Source: Bdellovibrionota bacterium
GTDB lineage: Bacteria; Bdellovibrionota_C; UBA2361; JBGSMV01
Reading direction: 5' to 3'
NCBI GenBank assembly: GCA_041739995.1
Contig: JBGSMV010000075.1
Location: forward strand, 1-37,988
Length of the DNA stretch: 37,988 bases
The notes under the pieces were generated by a model. That model did no database searches. It saw nothing but the letters and a program-made list of their open reading frames with translations, and had not been told where the DNA came from. A program made the position numbers and the translations under genes. Positions 1 to 10,081 of this stretch are shown here, piece after piece. Position 1 is the stretch's first letter, and each line of letters starts with the position of its first letter.

Positions 1-171
1 GCCTCCTCAAGCCTTCGGTTATTCACAAACCACAGCTCACTATTCCTGGCTCTAGTGGTCAGGAACGATGCGTACTCAGAACTCTCTATGCGTGGATGAT
101 AGCCCATACTGGGCTATCTATTCGGTATTCGCCTAGAGAAGTTTCCTCCCAAGGTCTCTGAGGGAATGGGG

Positions 172-1362
172 TCAGCGGGCGACTACAGTCAGGCTCGGGG
201 TCGCTGATCTCACGGAGACTGTTGCAGCGGAACCGTGTAAATAAACCGCCTCGCCAGGAAGCAGGGGGCAAGATTCGCTCTCGATGCAAACCTCGGCATC
301 ACCATCAATGCTGAGCAGAATCATAGGTCCGGTCGCTTGGATCGACGCTTGCTCGTCAATTAGCCCAAGCTGAAACTCATCACAGAGTCTTGGATACCAA
401 GCGACACCGCTCGATGACGCAGTAACATCAGCTCCTTCCTTAGACCCGGCCTTAAGAATATTCGGATACTCACTCTTAAAATCTAACATACCAAGCAAGG
501 TCTCTCGGTCCTGATGCTTGGACGTTAAACCCGCTCGAACCACGTTATCCGAGTTCGCCATGCACTCCACCAACTGCCCAGAAAGATACGCATGCGGAAC
601 ATTCGCACGAATAAACACTCCCTCAAAACGCTGCAATTCTACTTGGTTCAAGAGCAATGCGATAAGAAGGCCCACATCGTGATGTGGATGATCAGTCCAC
701 AATTTCATAAAGAGCGCTTCGTTCGCGTCCAGATCTGTTCGCTTCGAGATACTCTTGTAAAGAATGCTGTTGAGCGTTTCTACCTGTAAAGAGGTTAGAG
801 AATAGAAAGTTCGAACTAGCCTTTCTATATACCCAATGCGGGCTCCCGAATCTGAACTGACTAGCTCCTGCACTGCCTTTTCAAAGTCGGGATGCAGCTG
901 AATGAACGCCTGCATTTCCGCTTCCTTCTTAAATCCATACAGCAGTCTGGTGGTTGAAAGCGCAATCCCAATCTCCGGTTTATGATTGTCATCGGGAAAA
1001 TTATTGGGGTCCTGCCGATGTAGCTTCCTTGCAAGTTCACGGTTCGGATGCGCCTGAATTGAGAGTACCGAGTTGATATCGAGCACTTTCAACAGAAACG
1101 GGAGTGCTTCTTGCGTAGACTTCTTTTGGGAATCTCCGACCAAGTCTGTGGATAACAACTGCGCCAACGTTCGCTGAGAATCGATAACCAGCGGAGAAGG
1201 AGCGTTCGGATGCGCCCCAAACCACAACTCCGCACAGGGAGTCTCTTCAGAAACTCCTGTCGTCCCCAACAATCCACCAAGCTTAGCGACAAGCGAATCA
1301 CGTGCAGGAGATCCCCACGAATAGAACTGCGGTACTCCCCTTATTTTCCAAAGGCGTGTCAT
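172..1362 (-). CDS. manA: mannose-6-phosphate isomerase, class I
   Basis: Type I PMI motifs YSWG, AELWFGAHP, LPFLLKVLD, LSIQAHP, DDNHKPE, PHAYLSG, ECMANSDNVVRAGLT. Confidence 0.93.
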   Translation of the reverse strand: MTRLWKIRGVPQFYSWGSPARDSLVAKLGGLLGTTGVSEETPCAELWFGAHPNAPSPLVIDSQRTLAQLLSTDLVGDSQKKSTQEALPFLLKVLDINSVLSIQAHPNRELARKLHRQDPNNFPDDNHKPEIGIALSTTRLLYGFKKEAEMQAFIQLHPDFEKAVQELVSSDSGARIGYIERLVRTFYSLTSLQVETLNSILYKSISKRTDLDANEALFMKLWTDHPHHDVGLLIALLLNQVELQRFEGVFIRANVPHAYLSGQLVECMANSDNVVRAGLTSKHQDRETLLGMLDFKSEYPNILKAGSKEGADVTASSSGVAWYPRLCDEFQLGLIDEQASIQATGPMILLSIDGDAEVCIESESCPLLPGEAVYLHGSAATVSVRSATPSLTVVAR

Positions 1363-1618
1363 GCCACTTACTCTTAATGTAACCGTTCACGGGTTGTTAC
1401 AGGTCACTGCAACCAAAACCCAATTCTGCGTTACCCCGAAGACGACCACAGAATGGTCTCCATTCAAGTATTTTTCAGCCCAATAGCTTACTAACACCAC
1501 CAGTTAACTCTAACTCGCGAACGGACCTCGTAATTTGATGTCTGGCTGGCACACCGAAACGTTTGGGCTCTGTACGATCTGCTAGCATGCTGAGTCAGAA
1601 GTTCATTTAAGTATTTTT

Positions 1619-1681
1619 CTCGTTGTTCTCGTTGAACTCATTGTGTAATTCATTAAATATATTCACAACGAGAACAGCGAG
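1619..1681. repeat. intergenic inverted repeat (16-bp arms)
   Basis: CTCGTTGTTCTCGTTG (1619-1634) vs CAACGAGAACAGCGAG (1666-1681), one mismatch, AT-rich spacer. Confidence 0.6.
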
Positions 1682-1752
1682 CTCGGCGACAATTATTCAT
1701 CGAACTCTTAACTAAGGACACCAGAGAACCTCTGAATTATCCGTGTTTCTAT

Positions 1753-1843
1753 CTTCGTGCACTTTGTGGTCTTCGTGGTTCGATTAAATTTAGTCCAATT
1801 TCTGGGGTTTTTTTGCACCACTAAGACCGCCAAGACCACTAAG
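1753..1843. repeat. inverted pair of 3 x 9-bp degenerate repeats
   Basis: CTTCGTGCA-CTTTGTGGT-CTTCGTGGT (1753-1779) faces ACCACTAAG-ACCGCCAAG-ACCACTAAG (1817-1843). Confidence 0.55.
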
Positions 1844-1860
1844 ATTTAGTTTTTCAGAGT

Positions 1861-2964
1861 CTAAGTACCTCGCGCACACGCGAGCACCTCTTGAGCCTTA
1901 CTGTCCCGCTCCTCTGAACCCTTAAAGACTGCGGTCACATGCCCCACCTTTCTCCCTTCCCTTGGCGCCTTGCCATACCAATGAAAATGCACCTGAGGCA
2001 TTGCCAACAATTTCTTGGCGTCAGGTCGCACACCGATTAGATTCACCATCAGCGAACTTCCCTTGGGCCTAGTACTTCCAAGAGGCATTCCCATCACTGC
2101 GCGAATATGATTCTCGAATTGACTTGTTTCAGAGCCCTCAATAGAGAAGTGCCCAGAATTATGAACCCGCGGCGCCATCTCGTTCGCCACTAGCTTACCA
2201 TTTACCTCAAAGAGCTCTATGGTCAGCACTCCCACATAGGAAAAGTGTGCAAGCACCCGCGTGGCGAAGTCCTCTGCTTCTTGCTGAAGACTTTCCCCAA
2301 CTCTATTTGCTGGACAACGCGAGGTACGCAAAATACCTTGATGATGAACGTTCTCAATCAAGGGATAGAACTTAGGATCTCCCGAGCGGCCTCTCACCGC
2401 TATGATTGATAACTCTCTTGTGAATTCAACTAAGCGCTCAACAATGACGTCTTGTCCTTTCAATGTGGAGAGCGCTTCGAGTATTTTATCTTCCGAACGA
2501 ACCACCGCCTGGCCTTTGCCGTCGTAGCCAAGCCTTCGTGCTTTAAGCACACATGGTACGCCGAACTTCGAGACAATGCCCTTATGGGACTCATTCGCTT
2601 GAACCGCTGGCAACTCAATCGAGTCAACTACGGGAATACCTAATTTACGAAAGCATTCTCGTTCTGCGAATCGATCTTGCGCCACTCGCAGCGCTTCAAT
2701 ACCAGGCTGCAGCGCTACGCGTGAAGCCACATACTCTGCCGCCTCTACCGGCACGTTCTCGAACTCATAAGTGACCGCATCGAGTCCTTTGATAAAGCTA
2801 TCGAGGGCTTCGGTATTGGAATAATGCTCGCACATGTGAGGAGCTACTGCGCTCACCGCGCTGGGGGGCGTAGGGTCAAAGAATCGGAAACTACACCCCA
2901 ATGGATATCCGGCCAGAGCGAGCATGCGCCCAAGCTGACCAGCACCGAGAATTCCAATGTTCAA
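1861..2964 (-). CDS. purK: N5-carboxyaminoimidazole ribonucleotide synthase
   Basis: [59 protein letters not shown]; directly downstream of purE. Confidence 0.96.
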   Translation of the reverse strand: MNIGILGAGQLGRMLALAGYPLGCSFRFFDPTPPSAVSAVAPHMCEHYSNTEALDSFIKGLDAVTYEFENVPVEAAEYVASRVALQPGIEALRVAQDRFAERECFRKLGIPVVDSIELPAVQANESHKGIVSKFGVPCVLKARRLGYDGKGQAVVRSEDKILEALSTLKGQDVIVERLVEFTRELSIIAVRGRSGDPKFYPLIENVHHQGILRTSRCPANRVGESLQQEAEDFATRVLAHFSYVGVLTIELFEVNGKLVANEMAPRVHNSGHFSIEGSETSQFENHIRAVMGMPLGSTRPKGSSLMVNLIGVRPDAKKLLAMPQVHFHWYGKAPREGRKVGHVTAVFKGSEERDSKAQEVLACARGT

Positions 2965-3605
2965 CGCGGCTCTCCACGTGGTTTGCGCTTGTTGGATCGC
3001 GCGCCACTTGCAGGCGAGCGTCCCTTTGGTTCACGTCGCTCTATCGCGCGCGGCCCCATCTGCTGCGTAGAAGACATTCGCGGCTTGGCGGAGCGCAAGC
3101 GCGTAGTGCGCTTTACCGTACGCGGATCTCCAATGCCTTGAATGCGCTCAGTCTGCGTAGCACGGTAGTGCCGAAGCATTTTTCCAACGGCGGCATCAGT
3201 CAACGCAAGAATAGCCGCAGCCAACAACGCCGCGTTCACCGCTCCCGCACGTCCAATCGCCATGGTGCCGACAGGAATTCCTGCTGGCATCTGCACAATA
3301 GAAAGCAACGAATCCACACCGCGCAATGTTCTGGATTCAATCGGAACCCCCAGCACTGGGAGCAGCGTTTTCGCGGCACACATGCCCGGAAGATGCGCCG
3401 CACCGCCGGCTCCAGCGATGATAACTCGAAGCCCACGCCCCTCAGCTTCTTCGCTGTAGCGAAACAGCAAGTCTGGCGTTCGATGCGCGGACACTACTTG
3501 AACCTCATACTCGATTCCGAGTGCCCCAAGCGTGTCGGCCGCCTCGCTCATCGTCTCCCAGTCAGACTGAGATCCCATGATGATTCCGACCTGTGGTCGA
3601 AACAC
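2961..3605 (-). CDS. purE: N5-carboxyaminoimidazole ribonucleotide mutase with basic C-terminal extension
   Basis: [49 protein letters not shown]. Start placed at the in-frame GTG at 3605 because the ORF-track start (3677) overlaps icd. Confidence 0.93.
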   Translation of the reverse strand: MFRPQVGIIMGSQSDWETMSEAADTLGALGIEYEVQVVSAHRTPDLLFRYSEEAEGRGLRVIIAGAGGAAHLPGMCAAKTLLPVLGVPIESRTLRGVDSLLSIVQMPAGIPVGTMAIGRAGAVNAALLAAAILALTDAAVGKMLRHYRATQTERIQGIGDPRTVKRTTRLRSAKPRMSSTQQMGPRAIERREPKGRSPASGARSNKRKPRGEPR

Positions 3606-3639
3606 GAGGCTACGCGGAGTCGAGCCTCGTTGGCGTCTC

Positions 3640-5091
3640 TTATTCGCCTTGTAAATGGGAATAACCGGGGACCCCATCGTAATTCCTCAACGTTTCAATT
3701 TTTGCAATTACTAAGCTCTTCTCATTAACCTTCCCCATCAGCTCAACCACTTCAGCAAAAGGCACTGACTGAGCTTTAGGATCGCCTACCACGAAGCGAC
3801 AACGGTACTGATCTGAAAGAAACGTCTCTGGCATTCCTTCTGGCCAGACCTTCACGCCGCGATTGGACATGCCCTGTAATTTGAGCCCCGCGCAGTTACA
3901 CGCAACCAACTTTTCCGCGATCGCCTTTGGATCTCCGAGATCGGTGACGTACAAATCAACTCCAACCACATCCTGTTTTACCTCACCTGCAGGCCTGGTG
4001 TAGAACTTTGATGCGTCGATCATCGCCGCTGCGCGATACTGCACGGCTTTAAGCGTCTCAGGCGTCTTACCGAGGCGCTTAACCACTGCATTCGCAAATT
4101 CCTTGGTTCCGACTTTCTCGCGCGAACTTCCCTGGGTATAAATGTCGTAAGTATGAATGCCTTCTTCAATGGTGCGAAGCCATGCGTTGTGCACTCGAGA
4201 TGCGGCATCGGCCTCACCGATATGGACTAGCATCATTACTGCTCCCATCAGCAGCCCTGAGGGGTTGGCGAGATTTTGTCCTGCACGTCGCGGCGCAGAA
4301 CCGTGAATAGCCTCAAACATGGCACATTTATCACCAATATTCGCTGAGCCTGCGATACCGACCGAACCAGCAATTTGAGCCGCCACATCGGAGAGAATAT
4401 CTCCGTAAAGATTCGGCATTACGACTACGTCGAACACTTCTGGTGAGTCGGCGAGCTTCGCGGCTCCAATATCGACAATCCAATGCTCATTCTCTATGTC
4501 CTTATACTCCGTTGCAATACGATCAAAGACTTTGTGGAAAAGACCATCAGTGAACTTCATGATGTTGTCTTTGGTAAAGCAGGTCACCTTTTTGCGGTTG
4601 TTTTGACGCGCGTACTCGAAAGCATAGCGCACAATCTTTTCGCAGCCCGGCGCAGTGATTAACTTCAGCGTTTCGTATGTCTCAGGGGAAATTCGATATT
4701 CAATTCCAGCGTAAAGATCTTCTTCATTCTCTCGTACGATCACCACATCCATGTTCGGGTGCTTCGTATCAATGAACGGATGGTAAGAGACACAAGGACG
4801 CACATTGGCGAAAAGCCCAAGGGTCTTTCGAACGGTGACATTGAGACTCTTATATCCACCACCTTGAGGAGTGGTGATCGGAGCCTTTAGAAAAACTTTG
4901 GTGCGTCGCAGCGATTCCCAAGCGCTGGGCTCGATACCGGAAAGATGCCCTTTATTGTAGACACTCTCGCCAATCTCTATCTGTTCGAGCTCTAACGCAG
5001 CTCCTGCAGCATTTAAGATCTGCAAGGTAGCCGCCATAATTTCAGGCCCGATGCCATCGCCATGCGCTACTGTAACGGCTGTTTTTTTCAT
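3640..5091 (-). CDS. icd: NADP-dependent isocitrate dehydrogenase (long form with C-terminal domain)
   Basis: [62 protein letters not shown]. Confidence 0.95.
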   Translation of the reverse strand: MKKTAVTVAHGDGIGPEIMAATLQILNAAGAALELEQIEIGESVYNKGHLSGIEPSAWESLRRTKVFLKAPITTPQGGGYKSLNVTVRKTLGLFANVRPCVSYHPFIDTKHPNMDVVIVRENEEDLYAGIEYRISPETYETLKLITAPGCEKIVRYAFEYARQNNRKKVTCFTKDNIMKFTDGLFHKVFDRIATEYKDIENEHWIVDIGAAKLADSPEVFDVVVMPNLYGDILSDVAAQIAGSVGIAGSANIGDKCAMFEAIHGSAPRRAGQNLANPSGLLMGAVMMLVHIGEADAASRVHNAWLRTIEEGIHTYDIYTQGSSREKVGTKEFANAVVKRLGKTPETLKAVQYRAAAMIDASKFYTRPAGEVKQDVVGVDLYVTDLGDPKAIAEKLVACNCAGLKLQGMSNRGVKVWPEGMPETFLSDQYRCRFVVGDPKAQSVPFAEVVELMGKVNEKSLVIAKIETLRNYDGVPGYSHLQGE

Positions 5092-5413
5092 AAGCAGAGA
5101 TCCTTCGTAAGTCGCTAAGAGTTATCCCTCGGAAAAGCTTGCGCGGACGAAACCAAACCGTGCGCCCCACGATACTTTCCGAGCTAAAGTCGATCGGTGC
5201 GAAACTTAACAATATCAGTGGCTTATACCGAGGCGGAGAACAACTGTCAAACAAACTCTCAGCACTGGCGCCTCACCTCAGAGCCTCAGAGACGTGCCAG
5301 CATCGCTCTCGGTTGAGCTCCATACTCGACTCACCTAGTCGCCACTTTGCTGGCAATTCCTTAGGTATAATGGGCCTATTTTCTACTTCTGAGTCACCCT
5401 CTACTATTACTGA

Positions 5414-5803
5414 ATGACTACTGAAGAAATCAAACTCCCTCCGCTTGAGCAGGCCCTGCTAGACGTGCTTCAGGCTCTCGACAATCAAATCGCACGGGAA
5501 ATGCAGAGAACTCCCGCCTCGCGTGAGAGTCAGGGGGTGCAAAAGTGGGAGCCCATTGCCACCAGAGTAGAGCGATTGACCGCCTTTATTTTGAGTAGCC
5601 TTGGTGCTCAAGAAGTTCAGCTCGAGTCGCTACTGGTTCTCTGCCAAGCTTCAGTCAAAGCGCTCCGCATGGGGTGCGAAGATCTTGGCAAGGAGGGCCT
5701 AGGCAAGATGCGCAGCAATTACTGCGCGGGAACGTTTGAGGCAGTCATTAACGACGCGCGCACGGGCACAGACCTGCTCAATGATACACCACATCTGAGC
5801 TAA
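5414..5803 (+). CDS. hypothetical protein, predicted helical
   Basis: 129-aa ATG ORF with protein-like composition filling the gap; no recognised motif. Confidence 0.6.
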   Translation: MTTEEIKLPPLEQALLDVLQALDNQIAREMQRTPASRESQGVQKWEPIATRVERLTAFILSSLGAQEVQLESLLVLCQASVKALRMGCEDLGKEGLGKMRSNYCAGTFEAVINDARTGTDLLNDTPHLS

Positions 5804-5854
5804 TCTTCGATCTACATATAAGTGGGTAGCTAACTATCCTGTCTCGAACAGAAC

Positions 5855-6634
5855 TTAGTGGAAGAGAATCTTTTTAGAACTGCCCGACATGCGCATCTCA
5901 TTCACTTCCCTGCGCTCTTGCGGGTCGGCCACTTTCTCAAGCGGCACTCCTTGAACGAGAATGCGAGCCTCAAATGAGCGCGCGATGCGCTCGATCCGAC
6001 GCTTGAACTGAATGAATTTGATGGCTAAGGCAAAAAACGTCAGTCCTACAAATACACAAAATCCTGCTACTGCCGCGGCGACTAGCTGCGGTGCAAAAAG
6101 CGTACACACTCCGATCGCTATAAAAAATATCCCCGGGGTAAACCAAAGACCGAACGACATGCGCTCAGCAACCTTTCCGCACCCCGTGTAAAGACGATCG
6201 CGTCGATGTTGAAGCGCCTTCACCAAAGCCTCACGGCTTTTAGAAACCAGCCCCATGATATTCGATCGCAAAGAGCTCATACGTCTTGCAAGGCCACCGA
6301 ATGGTGCCGACGAGGCGTTGCTCCGCTCTTTTGAACTTTCTCGTTCGTTATTTATGGGATGGAGTTGCTCTGTGTCATCGCAAGTCGAAGCTGCAGTAGC
6401 TTTGCCTGCAGCATTATTCACCGTGCAATCCCCTGCCATGATCGCCTTTACTGCGAGCCCGCCGCTCAAGCCCGACTCAACACCAGAACTCGCTGGAACA
6501 CTCAGATCGACAGTATCGACGACCGCTGAACTTTCGGCTTCCTTTGACTTAAGGCCATCAGGGCTGCGGTCACGAGCGCTCTTCGAGCGAAGTCGGCGGC
6601 TAAATTGACGATGTGCTCCAAATCTCATGGCCAA
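5855..6634 (-). CDS. hypothetical membrane protein
   Basis: Low-complexity N-terminus and two hydrophobic segments (FGLWFTPGIFFIAIGVCTLFAP; LVAAAVAGFCVFVGLTFFALAI); start uncertain. Confidence 0.6.
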   Translation of the reverse strand: MAMRFGAHRQFSRRLRSKSARDRSPDGLKSKEAESSAVVDTVDLSVPASSGVESGLSGGLAVKAIMAGDCTVNNAAGKATAASTCDDTEQLHPINNERESSKERSNASSAPFGGLARRMSSLRSNIMGLVSKSREALVKALQHRRDRLYTGCGKVAERMSFGLWFTPGIFFIAIGVCTLFAPQLVAAAVAGFCVFVGLTFFALAIKFIQFKRRIERIARSFEARILVQGVPLEKVADPQERREVNEMRMSGSSKKILFH

Positions 6635-6727
6635 GTTTTCTCACACCTATGACTCTTGGGCAAATTTGCTGTATTTTCGCGAGGATCGGGCTTTCCCTGA
6701 AGGCGGGCACATATCACTATACGCCCT

Positions 6728-7246
6728 GTGGACATCTCTACTCTAAACATTTCAGATCTTAATTTCTCTCAGTGGGCACTGCAAACCATTGCCATGATGC
6801 TCACCGCGTTTCTGATCCCTAAACTCAACGTCGACGGACCTATCCCGGCCTTTCTGACAGTCCTGGCACTTGCTTTCTTTAATGCCCATGTTTGGAGCAC
6901 CGCGCTCTTTTTTGAGATTCCAGACTCCGTCTCAGTCCAAGCTCTCACGTTACTGCTCAGCAACAGCATAATTTTTTGGATAATTGTAAAAATCTTGCCA
7001 GGCATCGAATGTGAAGGTTTTTTACCCGCGATCGTCGCACCTGTGGTATTTACCGGCACGATGCTACTTATCTCTCGATATGGCGATTCTATCGAATGGG
7101 GCGTAATTGCAAAGGCGACTCTGGATTTCGTGCTCGAAGTTAAATCGTTCGTGCAGGGCGTTAGTGAAAAGCCCGCCACAGAAACCTCATCACTGCTCCT
7201 TCCTCATTCGCCTTTTCTTTCAATTCAGCGCCTGCTAGTGCGCTAG
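6728..7246 (+). CDS. YvlD/DUF360-like (phage holin 4_2 family) four-TM membrane protein
   Basis: Repeated pattern 'A.LIP.L.VDG..PAFL' / 'KILPGIECEGFLPAIVA' with four hydrophobic helices. Confidence 0.7.
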   Translation: MDISTLNISDLNFSQWALQTIAMMLTAFLIPKLNVDGPIPAFLTVLALAFFNAHVWSTALFFEIPDSVSVQALTLLLSNSIIFWIIVKILPGIECEGFLPAIVAPVVFTGTMLLISRYGDSIEWGVIAKATLDFVLEVKSFVQGVSEKPATETSSLLLPHSPFLSIQRLLVR

Positions 7247-7267
7247 CTCACTTTCCCCTGCAGGAGT

Positions 7268-8260
7268 ATGACCGATCGCTCGCCCTCATCAAAGGAAAAG
7301 CCAGTTACTCGACAAGCTTCGGGGTCCTCTGCCCTGGTCTTGAGCGCCTCACGTCGCCATGTGACCTTAAGTCTCGATCGACAGACCGAAGTCACAGGAA
7401 CTGTTTCCGTGCGAGATCTAGCCCTTGTTCCGGGAGACTTAGTGCAGGTCTCTCATGAGTCCGGGGAATACTTTGCAACCGCTTTGATTCAGCGCCGCAA
7501 TCTGCTCTCGCGTTCCTATCGTGGAGATGAACGTCCAATTGCGGCGAATATTGACCATCTCTTTATCGTTGGTGCGGTTCCTCCACTTCTCAAAACTTTG
7601 TCCATAGATCGCATGGCGGTAGTCGCACACCAACAATCGGTTCCCTGGAGTCTGGTCGTAAATAAGATCGACCTAGGTACTTCGGCCTGTGACAAGATAG
7701 TCGAGCTCTACAGTGGATTAGGCGTGCCAGTGTACCAGACTGCCGCAAAGTTCGGTCTAGGCCTTGAGCTTTTTCAGGACCTACTACTAACACTGCGCGG
7801 CCAGACTCTAGCGTTGTGTGGTATTTCAGGAGTTGGCAAGAGCACGTTGCTGAATGCAATTGCACCAGAGGCCGCTCGAGTCACCGCAGACGTAAGCGAA
7901 AAGTCTGGTCAGGGCCGTCAAACCACCACTCATGCCAGAGGAATTCTATTCCACCCAGTCGCGGCCGGATCACCGACTGCCCCGCAGGGGAATGTCGAAG
8001 AGCTGTCGCCAGAAATAGTGATGATAGACCTGCCTGGGATTCAGCAATTTGGTGTGGAACACCTTACAGTCGAAGACGTGCGTGCTGCGTTCCATGACAT
8101 CATGGAAGTGAGCGCTGAGTGTGAATTTTCAAATTGTTCCCATGTAAAAGAGGAAAAGTGCGCAGTGCGAGCAGCAGTAGCCTCTGGACGCCTTTCGTTA
8201 TCGCGCTTTGAGTCTTTTGTGCACATGTGCCAAGAATTGGAAGCAGCAAAGCCGTATTAG
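7268..8260 (+). CDS. rsgA: ribosome small subunit-dependent GTPase A
   Basis: [37 protein letters not shown]-terminal Zn motif [14 protein letters not shown]. Confidence 0.93.
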   Translation: MTDRSPSSKEKPVTRQASGSSALVLSASRRHVTLSLDRQTEVTGTVSVRDLALVPGDLVQVSHESGEYFATALIQRRNLLSRSYRGDERPIAANIDHLFIVGAVPPLLKTLSIDRMAVVAHQQSVPWSLVVNKIDLGTSACDKIVELYSGLGVPVYQTAAKFGLGLELFQDLLLTLRGQTLALCGISGVGKSTLLNAIAPEAARVTADVSEKSGQGRQTTTHARGILFHPVAAGSPTAPQGNVEELSPEIVMIDLPGIQQFGVEHLTVEDVRAAFHDIMEVSAECEFSNCSHVKEEKCAVRAAVASGRLSLSRFESFVHMCQELEAAKPY

Positions 8261-8286
8261 CCGCAATTGGGGAGTGCAGAGGTCTG

Positions 8287-9060
8287 ATGAACTCCGAATC
8301 TACTCAGCAATCACTTGAAATACTGAGTCACCCATCAGCGAGCTCACCTATCTCAGATCTTTCGCGATCACTACCCTCTCAGTCTGAGTCTCCCCAAACT
8401 CTAGATTGGAAAACCGCGCTTCAAGGTGAGCGCGAGGAAGTTTATTTTAAGTCGTTGCTTGAATTCATTGCGAACGAGCGCGGTGCGGGAAAAACTATTT
8501 ATCCGCAGAATACTGACGTATTTAACGCGCTCTCTCTCACCCCATTTGCGGATGTCCGTGTCGTCATTCTTGGACAAGACCCTTATCACGGACCGAATCA
8601 GGCGCACGGCCTGTGCTTTTCCGTACAACGCCGCATAAAACCACCACCTTCACTCGTGAACATTTTTAAGGAACTAGAGAGCGATGTGAGTGTCAGTCGC
8701 CCATCGCACGGCTGTTTGGAATCTTGGGCGAAACAAGGCGTTCTGTTGCTCAATGCGGTGCTGACTGTGGAAGCCAGTAAACCTGGCTCACATGCTAATC
8801 GTGGCTGGGAGCGCTTTACCGATCGAGTGGTGAGCGAACTAAATCAGAAACGTGAAGGTCTGGTCTTCCTGCTGTGGGGTGCCTACGCTCAGAAGAAAGG
8901 AGCGATGATAGATAATTCAAGGCACCTTGTACTATCGGCTCCCCATCCCTCGCCCTTCTCGGCACATAGCGGCTTCTTCAACTGCCGCCACTTTTCATTG
9001 GCGAACCAGTACCTCCGAGAGCGCAACCTTAGCCCAATAGATTGGTCACTCCCCGAATAG
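8287..9060 (+). CDS. ung: uracil-DNA glycosylase, family 1
   Basis: [44 protein letters not shown]; start placed at ATG 8287. Confidence 0.95.
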   Translation: MNSESTQQSLEILSHPSASSPISDLSRSLPSQSESPQTLDWKTALQGEREEVYFKSLLEFIANERGAGKTIYPQNTDVFNALSLTPFADVRVVILGQDPYHGPNQAHGLCFSVQRRIKPPPSLVNIFKELESDVSVSRPSHGCLESWAKQGVLLLNAVLTVEASKPGSHANRGWERFTDRVVSELNQKREGLVFLLWGAYAQKKGAMIDNSRHLVLSAPHPSPFSAHSGFFNCRHFSLANQYLRERNLSPIDWSLPE

Positions 9061-9065
9061 CGTCG

Positions 9066-9629
9066 CTAATCTGCTCGACCAGCAGTCTGTTCGATAAAAG
9101 CCTTTACGATTGGCTTTGGGATAATGTGGTAGCCATTGTTGGGTTGTAAACTCGAGCGCTCACCAGTAAATTCAAGATGCACATGCAATCCATCGACACT
9201 TCCAATCTGTAAACAATCGTCCAAATCGAAGAGGTCATCAGTGTGCACCGCTTGCATGCCACTGAGCAGCTCTTGCTTGGCTCGGCTTTTCACCTCCTTC
9301 TCATTGTCAGCGACCACAAAGGCATTGGCATGCAACTCAGTGAATTGCCCAGGCAAGTAAGCTCCAAGATTAACGAAAAATAGTTTTTTACCTTCGGTTT
9401 GAGGCGCCTCGCGCAAACAAACACGATGCCCATCGACCTGTTCTAAGGCTACCCAGGAGTCAAGGTGCAAGCCTTCAGGTGAACCGAACCAAAGCTCAAG
9501 TAACCGCGGGTAGGTTTCCTCGATGGATCCACCCCTCACAAAGACCACATCATGCAACTCGGTGTTGCAGCCGGTTGCCCTACCCCCTAGGTAAACGGCA
9601 AAAAGTTTCACATCCATAGAAATTTCCAT
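9066..9629 (-). CDS. DUF1543-like protein
   Basis: KLFAVYLGG...ELHDVVFV, WFG...GLHLDSW, KLFFVNLGAY, H.DD..DLDDC resemble DUF1543 proteins as I recall them. Confidence 0.72.
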   Translation of the reverse strand: MEISMDVKLFAVYLGGRATGCNTELHDVVFVRGGSIEETYPRLLELWFGSPEGLHLDSWVALEQVDGHRVCLREAPQTEGKKLFFVNLGAYLPGQFTELHANAFVVADNEKEVKSRAKQELLSGMQAVHTDDLFDLDDCLQIGSVDGLHVHLEFTGERSSLQPNNGYHIIPKPIVKAFIEQTAGRAD

Positions 9630-10010
9630 TGGGAACAGCGACGGGCTTTCGCCTGATAGACCTTCGAGAGATTACCGAAACAACTAGTGCATTCAAGCAC
9701 TCCGCTGGCACGACAGACCAGAATATCCAATGAAACAAAAAAGATCTGAGAGGTACTCGATCAAAAAAATCGTTTGTTAGGACTTGATTAGTGTCGCCGT
9801 TCTCGATAGTGGTCAGAGCTCGCGCTGAAGTAGATGCTCCAGTACGAAATACAATCGAGAATTGAGTAGATTTGTCTAATGCTTTGTAGCGGTTAGTGGA
9901 TTCGTAGCCATCTTTTAACCGCTGCAAAGCTCTTGGAAGTTAAAGGTTTTCTATTTCCTCTTCGATTTCGCGTTTCGGTGGTGCGTCAGCTTCTATTTCT
10001 GTTTTTTGGC

Positions 10011-10076
10011 TGGCTGACCTACTGCCTTCCCCGAGTGGCTGACCCACTGCCTTTCCCGAGTGGCTGACCCACTACC
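10011..10076. repeat. 25-bp tandem repeat, ~2.6 copies
   Basis: TGGCTGACCTACTGCCTTCCCCGAG / TGGCTGACCCACTGCCTTTCCCGAG / TGGCTGACCCACTACC. Confidence 0.9.
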
Positions 10077-10081
10077 GAACT

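Noticed and set aside
1147..1155. Perfect DnaA box (TGTGGATAA)
   Set aside because: Single copy inside the manA coding sequence, with no cluster or AT-rich unwinding region
2901..3728. 275-aa plus-strand ORF and other long antisense ORFs
   Set aside because: Shadows of well-supported opposite-strand genes (purE, clpA and others) with non-protein-like composition
3640..4020. C-terminal extension of Icd
   Set aside because: Known feature of the ~480-aa bacterial isocitrate dehydrogenase subtype
6728..7246. Prophage suggested by a holin-family gene
   Set aside because: This membrane family is commonly chromosomal, and no other phage genes are nearby
9580..9927. 115-aa minus-strand ORF upstream of the DUF1543-like gene
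   Set aside because: Non-ATG start, overlaps the next gene, no recognisable motif; cannot be supported as a gene
10011..10076. Possible mini-CRISPR array
   Set aside because: Units are directly adjacent with no unique spacers, and there are no cas genes in the window
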